Shown here in pieces: positions 18,954 through 28,924 of a stretch of 64,000 nt of DNA (positions within the stretch are counted from its first letter, which is position 1; each line of letters begins with the position of its first letter). The notes under the pieces are model-generated. The model worked only from the letters and a program-made list of their open reading frames with translations, searched no databases and was not told the origin of the DNA. Source of the DNA: Clostridia bacterium (GTDB taxonomy: Bacteria; Bacillota; Clostridia; Christensenellales; Pumilibacteraceae); NCBI GenBank assembly GCA_022793815.1, contig JAAWDP010000011.1:89457-153456 (forward strand). The letters are read 5' to 3'. Made by a program: the position numbers and the translations under genes.

Positions 18954-18982
18954 TTTACTTTTTTTCGGTTTGGCGGTATAAT
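18954..18982 (+). promoter_or_regulatory. Putative promoter of the rnf operon
   Basis: TTTACT (18954-18959), a 17-nt spacer, then TATAAT (18977-18982). It lies about 75 nt upstream of the rnfC TTG start. Confidence 0.45.
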
Positions 18983-19057
18983 GGATAGGATAAGGCGATA
19001 TGCGGTCAAAGCCGCTCTGCTTTTTGAATAAAATACCCGAAAATCGGAGGTCGAACT

Positions 19058-20365
19058 TTGCAAAACACGTTTCCGCGCGGAATACATCCCGCGCATAACA
19101 AGTCGCTCACCGACAAAAAGAATATAGAGTTTATGCCGCCGCCCGCCACGGTTTATATACCGCTGTCGCAGCACATCGGCAAAAGCGCGAAATGCATCGT
19201 AAACGTGGGCGACAGGGTCACGGAGGGGCAGAAAATAGGCGAGGCGGACGGATTCGTCGGCGCCCCCGTCTTTTCTTCCGTTTCGGGCGTCGTCAAAAAT
19301 ATCGAAATGCGCCCGACCGTGCTCGCAAGCGCGGAGCACGTGGTGATAGAACGCGACGAAAGTATTTCGGGAGTATTCCGTTTCGAACCGCTTGCGGATA
19401 AGAGCAGGGAAAAACTGCTCGAACGCATAAAGGAAGCGGGGATTGTCGGAATGGGCGGCGCGGGTTTTCCCACGCACGTCAAACTGTCGCCGAAGGAAAA
19501 AATCGACACGTTCATAATAAACGCCGCCGAGTGCGAGCCGTACATCACTTGCGATTACCGCATAATGCTCGAATATACCGAGCCTTTTCTGCGCGGCGCA
19601 ATGTACATGGCAAACGCCGTCGGACTGAATAAAGTTTATATAGGGATAGAGGACAACAAAGCGGACGCCGCCGCGCTTTTGACGCGCATAGCGTCCGAAA
19701 AGCATATCGACGCCGAAGTCAAAGTACTGAAAAGCAAATATCCGCAGGGCGCGGAGAAACAGCTTATTTATGCGATGACCGGAAGAAAAGTGCCTGTCGG
19801 CGCGCTTCCGAGCAGAGTAGGGGTCATAGTGGACAACGTGCATACCGCGCTGTCGGTGTGCCTTGCCGTGGAAGACGGACAGCCGCTGTACAAACGTATA
19901 ATGACAGTCACGGGCGGCGCGGTTAATCAGCCTAAAAACTTCTGGGCGGCGGGCGGAACTACTTACGGCGAAGCGATAGCGTTCTGCGGCGGAGCAAAGG
20001 ACGGCGAGGACGCGCCCGTCAAATTCATAAGCGGCGGACCCATGATGGGCATATCCGTGTCCGACGAGGAAATTTCCTGTACGAAAACCACAAGCCAGCT
20101 TCTTTTGATGACGGATAAAGAGGCGAGCATATCGTCGCCGCTTCCGTGCATAAACTGTTCGCGCTGCGCGGCGGTGTGTCCCATGCACCTTATGCCGATG
20201 TACATCGATTCGTACATTCTCGCGGGCGACGTCCGCGGAGCCGTCAAGTACGGCGCGAAAAACTGTATAGAATGCGGATGCTGCGCATATACGTGCCCGG
20301 CAAAACGTCCGCTTGTGCAGTCCATTCGGCTGGCTAAAAAGAAATCGAGGGAGGCAGGGCTGTAA
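19058..20365 (+). CDS. rnfC: Rnf complex subunit C
   Basis: TTG start after GGAGG. GMGGAGFPT nucleotide/FMN motif and two ferredoxin motifs, CINCSRCAAVCP and CIECGCCAYTCP. Confidence 0.9.
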   Translation: MQNTFPRGIHPAHNKSLTDKKNIEFMPPPATVYIPLSQHIGKSAKCIVNVGDRVTEGQKIGEADGFVGAPVFSSVSGVVKNIEMRPTVLASAEHVVIERDESISGVFRFEPLADKSREKLLERIKEAGIVGMGGAGFPTHVKLSPKEKIDTFIINAAECEPYITCDYRIMLEYTEPFLRGAMYMANAVGLNKVYIGIEDNKADAAALLTRIASEKHIDAEVKVLKSKYPQGAEKQLIYAMTGRKVPVGALPSRVGVIVDNVHTALSVCLAVEDGQPLYKRIMTVTGGAVNQPKNFWAAGGTTYGEAIAFCGGAKDGEDAPVKFISGGPMMGISVSDEEISCTKTTSQLLLMTDKEASISSPLPCINCSRCAAVCPMHLMPMYIDSYILAGDVRGAVKYGAKNCIECGCCAYTCPAKRPLVQSIRLAKKKSREAGL

Positions 20366-21471
20366 TGAAAGAAAATCTGTTTGTATCGGCGTCGCCGCAT
20401 ATAACCAATCCGAATAACAGCGTGCGCCGCATAATGGCGGACGTACTCATCGCGCTGTGTCCCGTGGTCATAGCCGCGGTGTTCTATTTCGGTTACGGCG
20501 TAATCATAAATATTGCGGTCGCCGTGGGTGCGTGCATCGGTTTCGAACTGCTGTACGACGCGGGTATCAGAGGCAAATTCAAAAAGGGCTGCATGAAGCA
20601 CGCAAGCATCAAAGACGGCAGCGCGGCGGTAACGGGTGTAATACTCGCGCTCAATTTTCCGTCGTTTCTCAAAGTGGACGCGTGGGATTTGAATTTTTAC
20701 AATCCCAATCTCGCCGAGCCCACCGTAAACGACATGTATTTTTCGTTCGATACGGTAATAATGCTCGTAATAGCGGCGTTTTTCGCCGTTGTCGTAGTAA
20801 AAATGCTGTTCGGCGGTATCGGCAAAAACTTCGTAAACCCCGCCGCCGCAGGCAGAGTGTTCGCATTCATAGCCGTCTCGCTTGCCGCCGTGCAGACCGT
20901 CGGACTCGGACTGGACGCGTCCACGGGCGCGACCTGGCTTTCGGGCGACGGCAGCGTGACGGGCGGAGTGTTGCTCAATATGTTTATCGGCAATACGGGC
21001 AGCGCGGCGGTCGGCGAAACCTGCGTAATAGCCATACTAATCGGCTACGTCTATCTTGCGGCGAGAAAGGTGATAGACTTCAAACTTCCGCTCGTCATCG
21101 CAGGCTCGACGTTCTTATTCGCACTGCTGTTCGACGGGCTTGGCGGCTCTTTGAAAGCAAGCGAACTTCTGCCGAACGCGCTTGCTCACGTCATGAGCGG
21201 CGGACTTTTGTTCGGAGCCGTGTTCATGGCTACCGACTATGTGACTTGCCCGAACACCGACATCGGCAGAGTGATTTTCGGCGCGGGTATCGCGCTCATA
21301 ACCATACTGATTCGCGTGTACGGCGGCTATCCCGAGGGCATGAGCTTCGCACTTCTCATAATGAATATAGTCACGCCGCTGATTGACAGATACGTATATC
21401 CCAAGCCTTTCGGCTACGTCAGGGAAAAGAAAGAGAAAAAGAAGAATGAAAACAAGGAGGCGGGGGCATGA
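20365..21471 (+). CDS. rnfD: Rnf complex subunit D
   Basis: A polytopic NqrB/RnfD-like protein with the STGATWL flavinylation-type motif. Its ATG overlaps the rnfC stop. Confidence 0.9.
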   Translation: MKENLFVSASPHITNPNNSVRRIMADVLIALCPVVIAAVFYFGYGVIINIAVAVGACIGFELLYDAGIRGKFKKGCMKHASIKDGSAAVTGVILALNFPSFLKVDAWDLNFYNPNLAEPTVNDMYFSFDTVIMLVIAAFFAVVVVKMLFGGIGKNFVNPAAAGRVFAFIAVSLAAVQTVGLGLDASTGATWLSGDGSVTGGVLLNMFIGNTGSAAVGETCVIAILIGYVYLAARKVIDFKLPLVIAGSTFLFALLFDGLGGSLKASELLPNALAHVMSGGLLFGAVFMATDYVTCPNTDIGRVIFGAGIALITILIRVYGGYPEGMSFALLIMNIVTPLIDRYVYPKPFGYVREKKEKKKNENKEAGA

Positions 21472-22100
21472 AAAACTCGGCGAAATCCACAATCAAATGC
21501 GTAATCACGCTCTCCTTGATTTCGGTAATCTGCGTAGCGGTGCTTGCGCTCGGCAATGCGTTTATCCCCAAGTATAAGCCGACGCTCGACGCGGCGACCG
21601 CCGAACTGATAAACGGTATCGTCTATACGGGCGTCGGCGCGGAAACGGCGCTTGAAGACGGATATTTCGAAATGCTGCAAATCGACGATAAAAAACTCGA
21701 AGAGTTCAACAAGGCGAACCGCGTCAATTCCGACAACAAACTGCTTGCGGTGTATAAGGTGGTCAAGGGCGCGGACGCGGGATGTTTCGTGACGGAAACG
21801 CAGGCGAAAGCCTACAACGACGCCGTGATAATTCTCACCGCATTCGATAAAAGCGGCAACGTGAAAAACCTCGCCGTCAAGTCGCACAGCGACGATTTGC
21901 TCGACGGCAGTATCTTCAAAGAAGAAATGATGGCAAAACTCGTCGAGTATGCGAAAACGGTAAAGACGTTCGATACCGCGTCGCTGAATGCTGCTACGGG
22001 AGCAACGACGAAGGGCTCCACGCTCGGTGTCGCCAACGCGCTGAACATCGCGGTCAAGGCGGCGGAGCAAATAGCCGCGAACGGAGGAGAAAAGCTATGA
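21468..22100 (+). CDS. rnfG: Rnf complex subunit G (FMN-binding)
   Basis: An N-terminal anchor, an FMN_bind-like domain and the TGATTKGST motif. Confidence 0.85.
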   Translation: MKNSAKSTIKCVITLSLISVICVAVLALGNAFIPKYKPTLDAATAELINGIVYTGVGAETALEDGYFEMLQIDDKKLEEFNKANRVNSDNKLLAVYKVVKGADAGCFVTETQAKAYNDAVIILTAFDKSGNVKNLAVKSHSDDLLDGSIFKEEMMAKLVEYAKTVKTFDTASLNAATGATTKGSTLGVANALNIAVKAAEQIAANGGEKL

Positions 22101-22684
22101 GCAAGAACAGTTTGAAACAAACCGCTCTCGGCGGAATATTCAACAATCCCGTGTTCGTGCTGGTACTCGGCATGTGTCCGACGATAGCGCAGAGCAGGGA
22201 CGTAATAAGCGCGCTGGGACTGGGGTGCGCCACGGCGGTCGTGCTTGTGTTTTCCAACCTTGCGATATCGCTGCTGCGCAAAGTCATACCCGATAAGGTG
22301 CGCCTGCCGGCTTACATTGTCATCATCGCCACGTTCGTCACGATAGTGCAGATGGTAATGTCGGGCTTTCTGCCCGACCTGTATGCGTCGGTCAGCAAAT
22401 TCATACCGCTCATCGTCGTAAACTGTATCATTCTCGGCAGAGCCGAATCGTTCGCGTCTAAAAACGGCGTGCTCGAATCGGTAGTGGACGGACTGTCCAT
22501 GGGCATAGGCTTCATAGCGTCCATGTGCCTGCTCGGCGCGATACGTCAGGGACTCGGCATGCTCGGACTTAAAATATTCGTTCAGCCGATAGGCGGATTC
22601 ATGGTGCTCGGATTCATAATGGCGCTGTTCAATTTCGTCATGCATCTGTATCACCGCAGGAAAAAGACACTTATGGAGGCGTAA
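22097..22684 (+). CDS. rnfE: Rnf complex subunit E
   Basis: Small polytopic protein of the NqrD/RnfE type (LGMCPTIA...NCIILGRAE). Confidence 0.9.
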   Translation: MSKNSLKQTALGGIFNNPVFVLVLGMCPTIAQSRDVISALGLGCATAVVLVFSNLAISLLRKVIPDKVRLPAYIVIIATFVTIVQMVMSGFLPDLYASVSKFIPLIVVNCIILGRAESFASKNGVLESVVDGLSMGIGFIASMCLLGAIRQGLGMLGLKIFVQPIGGFMVLGFIMALFNFVMHLYHRRKKTLMEA

Positions 22685-22690
22685 AGAACT

Positions 22691-23272
22691 ATGTGGGTCA
22701 CAGTAATTTCCATAGTAATATCGGGAATAATCACCGATAACATAATCTTTTCGCAGACGCTCGGTATCTGTCCGTTCCTCGGAGTCAGCAAAAAACTCGA
22801 TTCCGCCGTCGGAATGGGACTCGCCGTCACGTTTGTCATAGTGCTCTCGTCGATAGTCTGCCACTATCTGTACATGTTGCTCGAACTTCTAAGCATCACG
22901 TACTTGCAGACCATACTGTTCATACTCATAATAGCCGCGCTCGTCCAGCTGCTCGACATAGTGCTCAAAAAGGCAAGTCCGTCGCTGTACACATCGCTCG
23001 GCGTATATCTCGCGCTCATAACCACGAACTGCGCCGTGCTCGGTACGGCAAACACCGTGGTGCAGAACGGCTACGGACTGCTCGAAACTTTCGTGTCCGC
23101 GCTCAGCGTCGGACTCGGTTTCACGCTTGCGCTCATACTCATGGCGGGAGTCAGGGAAAAGGTGGGACGCAGCGCGATTCCCAAGCCGTTCCAAGGCTTC
23201 CCGATTGCGCTTATAATAGCAGGCATACTCGCAATGGCGTTCTACGGTTTTTCGAATTTCTCGCTTTTTTAA
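22691..23272 (+). CDS. rnfA: Rnf complex subunit A
   Basis: Paralogous to the RnfE-type protein (LGICPFLGVS...TNCAVLGTA). Confidence 0.9.
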   Translation: MWVTVISIVISGIITDNIIFSQTLGICPFLGVSKKLDSAVGMGLAVTFVIVLSSIVCHYLYMLLELLSITYLQTILFILIIAALVQLLDIVLKKASPSLYTSLGVYLALITTNCAVLGTANTVVQNGYGLLETFVSALSVGLGFTLALILMAGVREKVGRSAIPKPFQGFPIALIIAGILAMAFYGFSNFSLF

Positions 23273-23285
23273 GAGGTAAACGGCA

Positions 23286-24101
23286 ATGGAAATATTCATG
23301 ACATTCATACTCCCCGTAATAATTGCGCTCGTACTCGGCGCGCTCATTGCTTTCGGACTCAGTTTTCTGGGCGAGAAACTCGCAATAGACCGTGACGGAC
23401 GTATCGACGAAATAGAGCGCAACCTTGCGGGAGCAAACTGCGGCGGCTGCGGCTATCCGGGTTGCAGCGCGTTTGCCGAAGCCCTGTTCAAAGGCGAAGC
23501 CAAACTGTCGCAGTGCAATCCCACAAGCAGCGAAGGGCGCAAAAACATAAGCCGCGTGCTCGGCATGAGCGAGGAAAAAAGCGTCCGCACCGTCGCCGTC
23601 GTTCATTGCATAGGCGGCAACCGCTGCCGCAACAAATACTCCTATCAGGGTTACGGCGACTGCGAATCCGCGCAGGTGCTCGCAGGCGGAAACAAGGCGT
23701 GTTATACGGGCTGTATGGGACTCGGAACTTGCGCCGACACGTGTAAATATGCGGCAATCAAAGTAAATAAGGACACGGCATGCGCCGAGGTCGACTATAA
23801 GGAATGCACAAGCTGCGGAGCTTGCGTCGCCGTCTGTCCGAAAAAGATAATAGGGCGTATCCCCGTCGAGGCGAAAGTGTACGTCGCATGTTCCAATACC
23901 AACCGCGGCAAGGAAGTCACAAAGGTCTGCTCCGTCGGGTGCATAGCCTGCGGACTGTGTCAGAAAAACTGCCCCACGGGCGCGATAGAACTGTCCAACA
24001 ACCTTGCGGTTATCGACTATGACAAATGCATAGCCTGCGGCAAGTGCGTATCCGTTTGTCCGCGTCGGTGTATTCTGCCTTTCGACGCATATAAACAATA
24101 A
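23286..24101 (+). CDS. rnfB: Rnf complex subunit B (polyferredoxin)
   Basis: An N-terminal TM helix, the CGGCGYPGC motif, and several CxxCxxCxxxCP clusters (CTSCGACVAVCP, CIACGLCQKNCP, CIACGKCVSVCP). Confidence 0.9.
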   Translation: MEIFMTFILPVIIALVLGALIAFGLSFLGEKLAIDRDGRIDEIERNLAGANCGGCGYPGCSAFAEALFKGEAKLSQCNPTSSEGRKNISRVLGMSEEKSVRTVAVVHCIGGNRCRNKYSYQGYGDCESAQVLAGGNKACYTGCMGLGTCADTCKYAAIKVNKDTACAEVDYKECTSCGACVAVCPKKIIGRIPVEAKVYVACSNTNRGKEVTKVCSVGCIACGLCQKNCPTGAIELSNNLAVIDYDKCIACGKCVSVCPRRCILPFDAYKQ

Positions 24102-24142
24102 TCGCGCGGTAATTTCACATCACGAAAATAATTTTTTCCTCG

Positions 24143-24179
24143 GTCGGGTATATTAAGTTTATACTCGACTTTTCTTTTT
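24143..24179 (+). terminator. Terminator-like hairpin between rnfB and the lipoprotein gene
   Basis: A 10-bp stem GTCGGGTATA / TATACTCGAC with one G-U pair and a 7-nt loop, followed by TTTTCTTTTT. The stem is A/U-rich and therefore probably weak. It abuts the GGGAGA SD of the next gene. Confidence 0.45.
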
Positions 24180-24194
24180 GGGAGATATTATTTT

Positions 24195-24944
24195 ATGAAA
24201 AAATGCATAGCGGCAATAGTTGCCGCGCTTATTCTTTCGGCGTTCATAATAGGCGCGTCCGCATGTTCGTGTTCGGGCGTCGAGCAGGTCGGCCGCGCAT
24301 ACGGACTCGTGCATAACTATTATGTCGCAAGCGTAACCGTCACCAGAAACGGCGACAAAGTGATAAAAGTCGGATTCGAGGAAACCGAAGGTCCCGCGTC
24401 CTGGGCTAAACGCGCCAACATAAAGGACGAGACGGCTGCCGACGTGGAGTTTACCGAGGGCGGATTCGCAAAGCGCATAGGTATCGGCTCGCTCACCTTT
24501 ACCGCAACCGACGAAACGGCGACCAAAACGCCGTCTTATAAAAGAAGCGGGGACGACGTTACGTTTGAGCAGTGGGTCAAGACCGAACAAAACGCAAAGT
24601 TCTATGTAGAAGCCATGGCAAGCGGCGACTACCGCTTACTCAAAGCCGACGGCTCGGCTGCGGACATAGACTTTTCCGTAGAGAAGAACGGGCTCAAAAA
24701 AGGCGAACGCTGGCTGAAATCGAAAAACGGCTATTGGTCGGGCGCAAACTATGCGCTCGGCTGGCAGGGCAACATAAACAAAATGTCCGACTACCTCGTG
24801 CGCCACGGCTTTGCGGCCTATACGGGAAACGAAACCGCAGACGATAACGGCTTTACGGTAGGCGGCGTTCAGACGGGCGCGACTCTCGTCGACTTCCACG
24901 ATTATATGAAACTGGCAAAGAAAGCCTACGACAGCGCAATGTAA
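24195..24944 (+). CDS. Lipoprotein of unknown function with an FMN_bind-like N-terminal segment and a C-terminal TGAT motif
   Basis: Lipobox GASAC. The segment YVASVTVTRNGDKVIKVGFEETEGP resembles the start of FMN_bind domains. GGVQTGATLV lies near the C-terminus. Confidence 0.6.
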   Translation: MKKCIAAIVAALILSAFIIGASACSCSGVEQVGRAYGLVHNYYVASVTVTRNGDKVIKVGFEETEGPASWAKRANIKDETAADVEFTEGGFAKRIGIGSLTFTATDETATKTPSYKRSGDDVTFEQWVKTEQNAKFYVEAMASGDYRLLKADGSAADIDFSVEKNGLKKGERWLKSKNGYWSGANYALGWQGNINKMSDYLVRHGFAAYTGNETADDNGFTVGGVQTGATLVDFHDYMKLAKKAYDSAM

Positions 24945-24978
24945 AATAAGCTTTTCAAATAAAGGCTTGCGAAAACGT

Positions 24979-25016
24979 AAAGGGGAGGGACACTTCGATT
25001 ATGTCCCTCCCCTTTA
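24979..25016. terminator. Bidirectional intrinsic terminator (lipoprotein gene / araC-type gene)
   Basis: A perfect GC-rich stem AGGGGAGGGACA / TGTCCCTCCCCT, flanked by AAA on the left and TTTAAA on the right. Confidence 0.8.
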
Positions 25017-25020
25017 AATA

Positions 25021-25998
25021 TCACAATGTTATTCCTCTTTCCTGCGCGAAAAGCCGTATCATTTCCAGACTTTTTTCGTGAGAATATTCACGCTCAAGCT
25101 GCGCCGCGACGGGACCTTCGTGGTGCGCGTCGGGGGCAGGGAACGCATTGCCGGCACGGAACTGGCGGGGAGTGCAGCCGAACCGCAGCGCAAACATTTT
25201 CGTCAGATATTTTACGTCGGAAAATCCGCTGTGCATGGCTATTTCCACAATCGACATTTTAGTATTCGGCATAAGCCTCAATGCATTTTCGAAACGAATG
25301 TTGTTCACATATTCACGGAACGTAATTCCGAAACGGTCGACGAAAAAATGCGACAGGTAAGTCGGCGTCAGATTTTCTTCGCGCGCAAGGTCGGAAAGGG
25401 TAATGCCGTATCTGTAATTTTCGTCTATGTACGACGCGATACGTTCCGTCCGAGCCACCGCTTTTTTACGGTCGAGATATTCCACTTCGCTGCACGCCGT
25501 ATGCGGCACGTTGTCGTATAAAAGCGACAGAATTCCGGCGGCTGCGGCTACGCACCTGAGTTCGAAACCGCTCTGCGCTCTTATGTAAGAATCGGTCAGC
25601 ACAAGTATCTGCCGCCACAGTCTGTCCGTTTCGCCGCCGAAAGCCGCGTTCAAATCGGTCTCGGAAAAGAAGGAAGTCTGCATGAGAGGGAAGTATTCTC
25701 TTAAAATGTGCCGAGATAACTGTATGACTATAAAATCCGTGCCTTCGCTCGCGCCCACTATTTCGTGCGATTCGTGCGGATTGATAAGCACGACCGAACC
25801 TTTTTTCGCTTCTATGCTTTTTCCCGCCTTATTCACTTTGCACTCGCCGCCCAGCACGCAGAGGAATTCGGTTTCGCCGTGCAGGTGGTAATTGCGGTAC
25901 AATATGTTGTTTACGAACGCGCGCACATGCTTCAATTTCGGATATGCCACGGTTTCGAATTCTTTGCTTGTCATACTCGCTTGCTCCTTATCTACCAT
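25021..25998 (-). CDS. AraC-family transcriptional regulator (cupin sensor + HTH)
   Basis: An N-terminal cupin-like segment (HGETEFLCVLGGECKV...HESHEI). The C-terminal AraC double HTH reads LSDLAREENLTPTYLSHFF...IVEIAMHSGFSDVKYLTKMF. It is divergent from the xylan/xylose genes. Confidence 0.85.
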   Translation of the reverse strand: MVDKEQASMTSKEFETVAYPKLKHVRAFVNNILYRNYHLHGETEFLCVLGGECKVNKAGKSIEAKKGSVVLINPHESHEIVGASEGTDFIVIQLSRHILREYFPLMQTSFFSETDLNAAFGGETDRLWRQILVLTDSYIRAQSGFELRCVAAAAGILSLLYDNVPHTACSEVEYLDRKKAVARTERIASYIDENYRYGITLSDLAREENLTPTYLSHFFVDRFGITFREYVNNIRFENALRLMPNTKMSIVEIAMHSGFSDVKYLTKMFALRFGCTPRQFRAGNAFPAPDAHHEGPVAAQLEREYSHEKSLEMIRLFAQERGITL

Positions 25999-26089
25999 TT
26001 TACCACATCGGCGGCGGAATGTAAATACATTTGCGGAAAGTTATCGGAAAAAATCGCAAAAATGTCGGCACTTTATAGCGATTTTGTGC

Positions 26090-26117
26090 TTGAATTTTAT
26101 AGAAAATGTGATATACT
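26090..26117 (+). promoter_or_regulatory. Putative promoter of the GH43-xylAB unit
   Basis: TTGAAT (26090-26095), a 16-nt spacer, then an extended -10 TGaTATACT (26109-26117). Confidence 0.45.
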
Positions 26118-26154
26118 TTGATTGTATAAAAATAAAACAAGGGGCAAGAAAATA

Positions 26155-27579
26155 ATGAGTCAGATATTCAATCCGTATTTACCGAGTTACGAGTATATTC
26201 CCGACGGCGAACCGCACGTGTTCGGCGACCGCGTATATGTTTACGGCTCGCACGATAAATTCAACGGCAAATATTTTTGCATGAACGATTACGTGTGCTG
26301 GTCGGCGCCCGTCGACGACCTCAAACAGTGGCGCTATGAGGGCGTTATATGGCGCAGCAGCGACGACCCTACCGAAGTCAACTGTCTGCTCAAACAGATG
26401 TACGCGCCCGACGTGGTAAAGGGCAAAGACGGCAGATACTATCTCTACTATTTCATGGGCAACCACGGGACGATAGGGGTGGCGGTGTGCGACACTCCCG
26501 CGGGAAAATATACATATCACGGCAGAGTGAGATATTCGAACGGCACGGTGCTCGGACGCGGCAGGGAAAAGAACATGGTTCAGTTCGACCCCGGTGTGTT
26601 TGCCGACGACGACGGCAGAGTCTACCTTTACACGGGCATGGCGCCCAAAGGAGCAACGATTTTCACGGGCATGAAAGCGCCTAATAAAGACGGTGCCATG
26701 GCTGTCGAACTTCAAGACGACATGCTTACCGTAATAGAACCTCTCAAAACCGTGGCAAAGGCGGTTCACGGGTCCAAGGGTACGCCTTACGAAGGGCACG
26801 AATTCTTCGAGGCTTCGTCCATGCGCAAATTCAACGGCAAATACTACTTCATATATTCGTCGGTCAAAGGACACGAACTGTGCTACGCAATTGGCGACAG
26901 TCCGCTGGGCGAGTTCGAGTATAAGGGCACTTTGGTAAGCATAGGAGACGTCGGTATTTCCGAAAAACCGCTCAACTATCTCGGCAATACGCACGGCAGC
27001 GTCGAATACATAAACGGCAAATATTACGTGTTCTACCACCGCCAGACCAACCGCCACTGCCATTCGCGCCAGGCATGCGCCGAGGAAATAACAATGAACG
27101 AAGACGGTACGTTCAATCAGGCGGAGATAACGTCCTGCGGTCTTAACGGCGGACCGCTCGAAGGCAAAGGCGAGTACGAGGCGAGAATAGCCTGCCACCT
27201 CATGTCGCGTAAAGGAGTCAAATTCTACACCGTCAAAACCCCCAAAGGCGTTCATCCGTACTTCACGCAGTCGGGCGAAGACAGAGAGGAAAACGGCGAC
27301 CAGTACATAGCCAATTTTTCTCACGGCGCGGTCGCCGGATTCAAATATTTCGACTTTAAGGACGCGAGCGGCATAAGCGTCAAAGTACGCGGCAAAGCGG
27401 ACGGCGTAATGACCGTTACCGACGGACTCGGAGGCGAAACGGTTGCTCGGATAAAAGTAAAGGGCGACGGCGAAAAAACGTATGCGGACGGACTGAAAAT
27501 ATCCGACGGAGTCCGCGCGCTCTATTTCAAGTTCGAAGGCAAAGGCAAATTCGATTTCATAAGTTTTACTTTGGAATAA
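26155..27579 (+). CDS. Glycoside hydrolase family 43 (beta-xylosidase / alpha-L-arabinofuranosidase type)
   Basis: The N-terminus NPYLPSYEYIPDGEPHVFGDRVYVYGSHD and later blocks (YAPDVVKGKDGRYYLYY, FFEASSMRKFNGKYYFIYS) fit the GH43 five-bladed propeller. A C-terminal beta-sandwich follows. Confidence 0.8.
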   Translation: MSQIFNPYLPSYEYIPDGEPHVFGDRVYVYGSHDKFNGKYFCMNDYVCWSAPVDDLKQWRYEGVIWRSSDDPTEVNCLLKQMYAPDVVKGKDGRYYLYYFMGNHGTIGVAVCDTPAGKYTYHGRVRYSNGTVLGRGREKNMVQFDPGVFADDDGRVYLYTGMAPKGATIFTGMKAPNKDGAMAVELQDDMLTVIEPLKTVAKAVHGSKGTPYEGHEFFEASSMRKFNGKYYFIYSSVKGHELCYAIGDSPLGEFEYKGTLVSIGDVGISEKPLNYLGNTHGSVEYINGKYYVFYHRQTNRHCHSRQACAEEITMNEDGTFNQAEITSCGLNGGPLEGKGEYEARIACHLMSRKGVKFYTVKTPKGVHPYFTQSGEDREENGDQYIANFSHGAVAGFKYFDFKDASGISVKVRGKADGVMTVTDGLGGETVARIKVKGDGEKTYADGLKISDGVRALYFKFEGKGKFDFISFTLE

Positions 27580-27612
27580 TAAATCAAAAATAAAAAGGAG
27601 ATATAAAAAAGC

Positions 27613-28920
27613 ATGGAAAAGTATTCGCAAATCGAAAAAATCAAGTATGAGGGAGCAAAAAGCAAAAACCCGTTTGCTTTCCGTTTTTACGACCCCGACA
27701 GAAAAATCGCGGGCAAGACAATGAAACAGCACCTCAAATTCGCAATGAGCTACTGGCATACGATAAACGCGAGCGGCACCGATATGTTCGGCGGCAACAC
27801 AATGGATAAGTCTTTCGGACTTTCGGGCATGGAAATGTACAAGAAAAAAGCCGACGTTGCGTTTGAACTCATGCAAAAACTCGGCATAGAATACTACTGT
27901 TTCCATGACGTCGATATCTCGCCCGAGGGCGAAACGCTTGCCGAAAGCGTCAAATACCTCGACGAAATAACCGACTATCTCCTCGAAAAACAGAAAAAGA
28001 CGGGCATCAAACTCTTGTGGGGCACCGCAAATATGTTCGGCGACAAGAAATTCATGGCAGGCGCAGGCACAAGCCCCTGTGCCGACGTGTTCGCCGTAGC
28101 CGCAGGAAAAGTCAAAGCCGCGATAGACGCCACAATCAAACTCGGCGGCACGGGTTACGTTTTCTGGGGCGGCAGAGAGGGCTACGACACGCTGCTCAAT
28201 ACCGATATGGGACTGGAACTCGACAACCTCGCACGCCTTCTCACGATGGCGCGCGACTATGCGAGAGCGAAGGGATTCAAAGGCGACTTCTACATCGAGC
28301 CCAAGCCGAAGGAACCCACGAAACACCAGTACGATTTCGACGTCGCCACCTGCGCGAACTTTTTGAGAAAGTACAATCTTCTCGGCGACTTCAAAATGAA
28401 TATCGAGGCTAACCACGCCACGCTCGCCGGTCACACGTTCAACCACGAACTTCGCACCGCCCGCGTCAACGGCATATTCGGAAGTATCGACGCCAATCAG
28501 GGCGATTTGCTTCTCGGATGGGATACCGACCAGTTCCCGACCAACGTCTACGATACGACGCTGTGCATGTACGAAGTGCTCAAAGAGGGCGGATTCACGA
28601 ACGGCGGACTTAATTTCGACGCCAAGACGCGCCGCCAGTCCAATACATACGAGGATATTCTGCTCGGCTACATAGCAGGTATGGACGCTTTCGCGCTCGG
28701 ACTCATCAAAGCGCAGGAACTTATCGATGACGGCAGAATCGACAAATTCGTCGAGGAGCGCTATGCTACATTCGCAAGCGGAATAGGCAAAAAGATAGTG
28801 TCGGGAAAAGAAACCCTCGAATCGCTTTCGAAGTATGCGATGGACTTGAAAAACGTGGAGGCGGACAGCGGCAGACAGGAATACCTCGAACAGATACTGA
28901 ACACCGTGCTGTTCGGTTAA
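27613..28920 (+). CDS. xylA: Xylose isomerase
   Basis: Hallmarks are KYEG...[27 protein letters not shown] and [18 protein letters not shown]. Confidence 0.95.
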   Translation: MEKYSQIEKIKYEGAKSKNPFAFRFYDPDRKIAGKTMKQHLKFAMSYWHTINASGTDMFGGNTMDKSFGLSGMEMYKKKADVAFELMQKLGIEYYCFHDVDISPEGETLAESVKYLDEITDYLLEKQKKTGIKLLWGTANMFGDKKFMAGAGTSPCADVFAVAAGKVKAAIDATIKLGGTGYVFWGGREGYDTLLNTDMGLELDNLARLLTMARDYARAKGFKGDFYIEPKPKEPTKHQYDFDVATCANFLRKYNLLGDFKMNIEANHATLAGHTFNHELRTARVNGIFGSIDANQGDLLLGWDTDQFPTNVYDTTLCMYEVLKEGGFTNGGLNFDAKTRRQSNTYEDILLGYIAGMDAFALGLIKAQELIDDGRIDKFVEERYATFASGIGKKIVSGKETLESLSKYAMDLKNVEADSGRQEYLEQILNTVLFG

Positions 28921-28924
28921 ACCG

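Noticed and set aside
26179-28446. A 755-aa ORF on the - strand spanning GH43 and xylA
   Set aside because: It runs antisense across two unmistakable + strand genes and their intergenic region. Its composition is low-complexity (R/F/V/A-rich) and it has no motifs.
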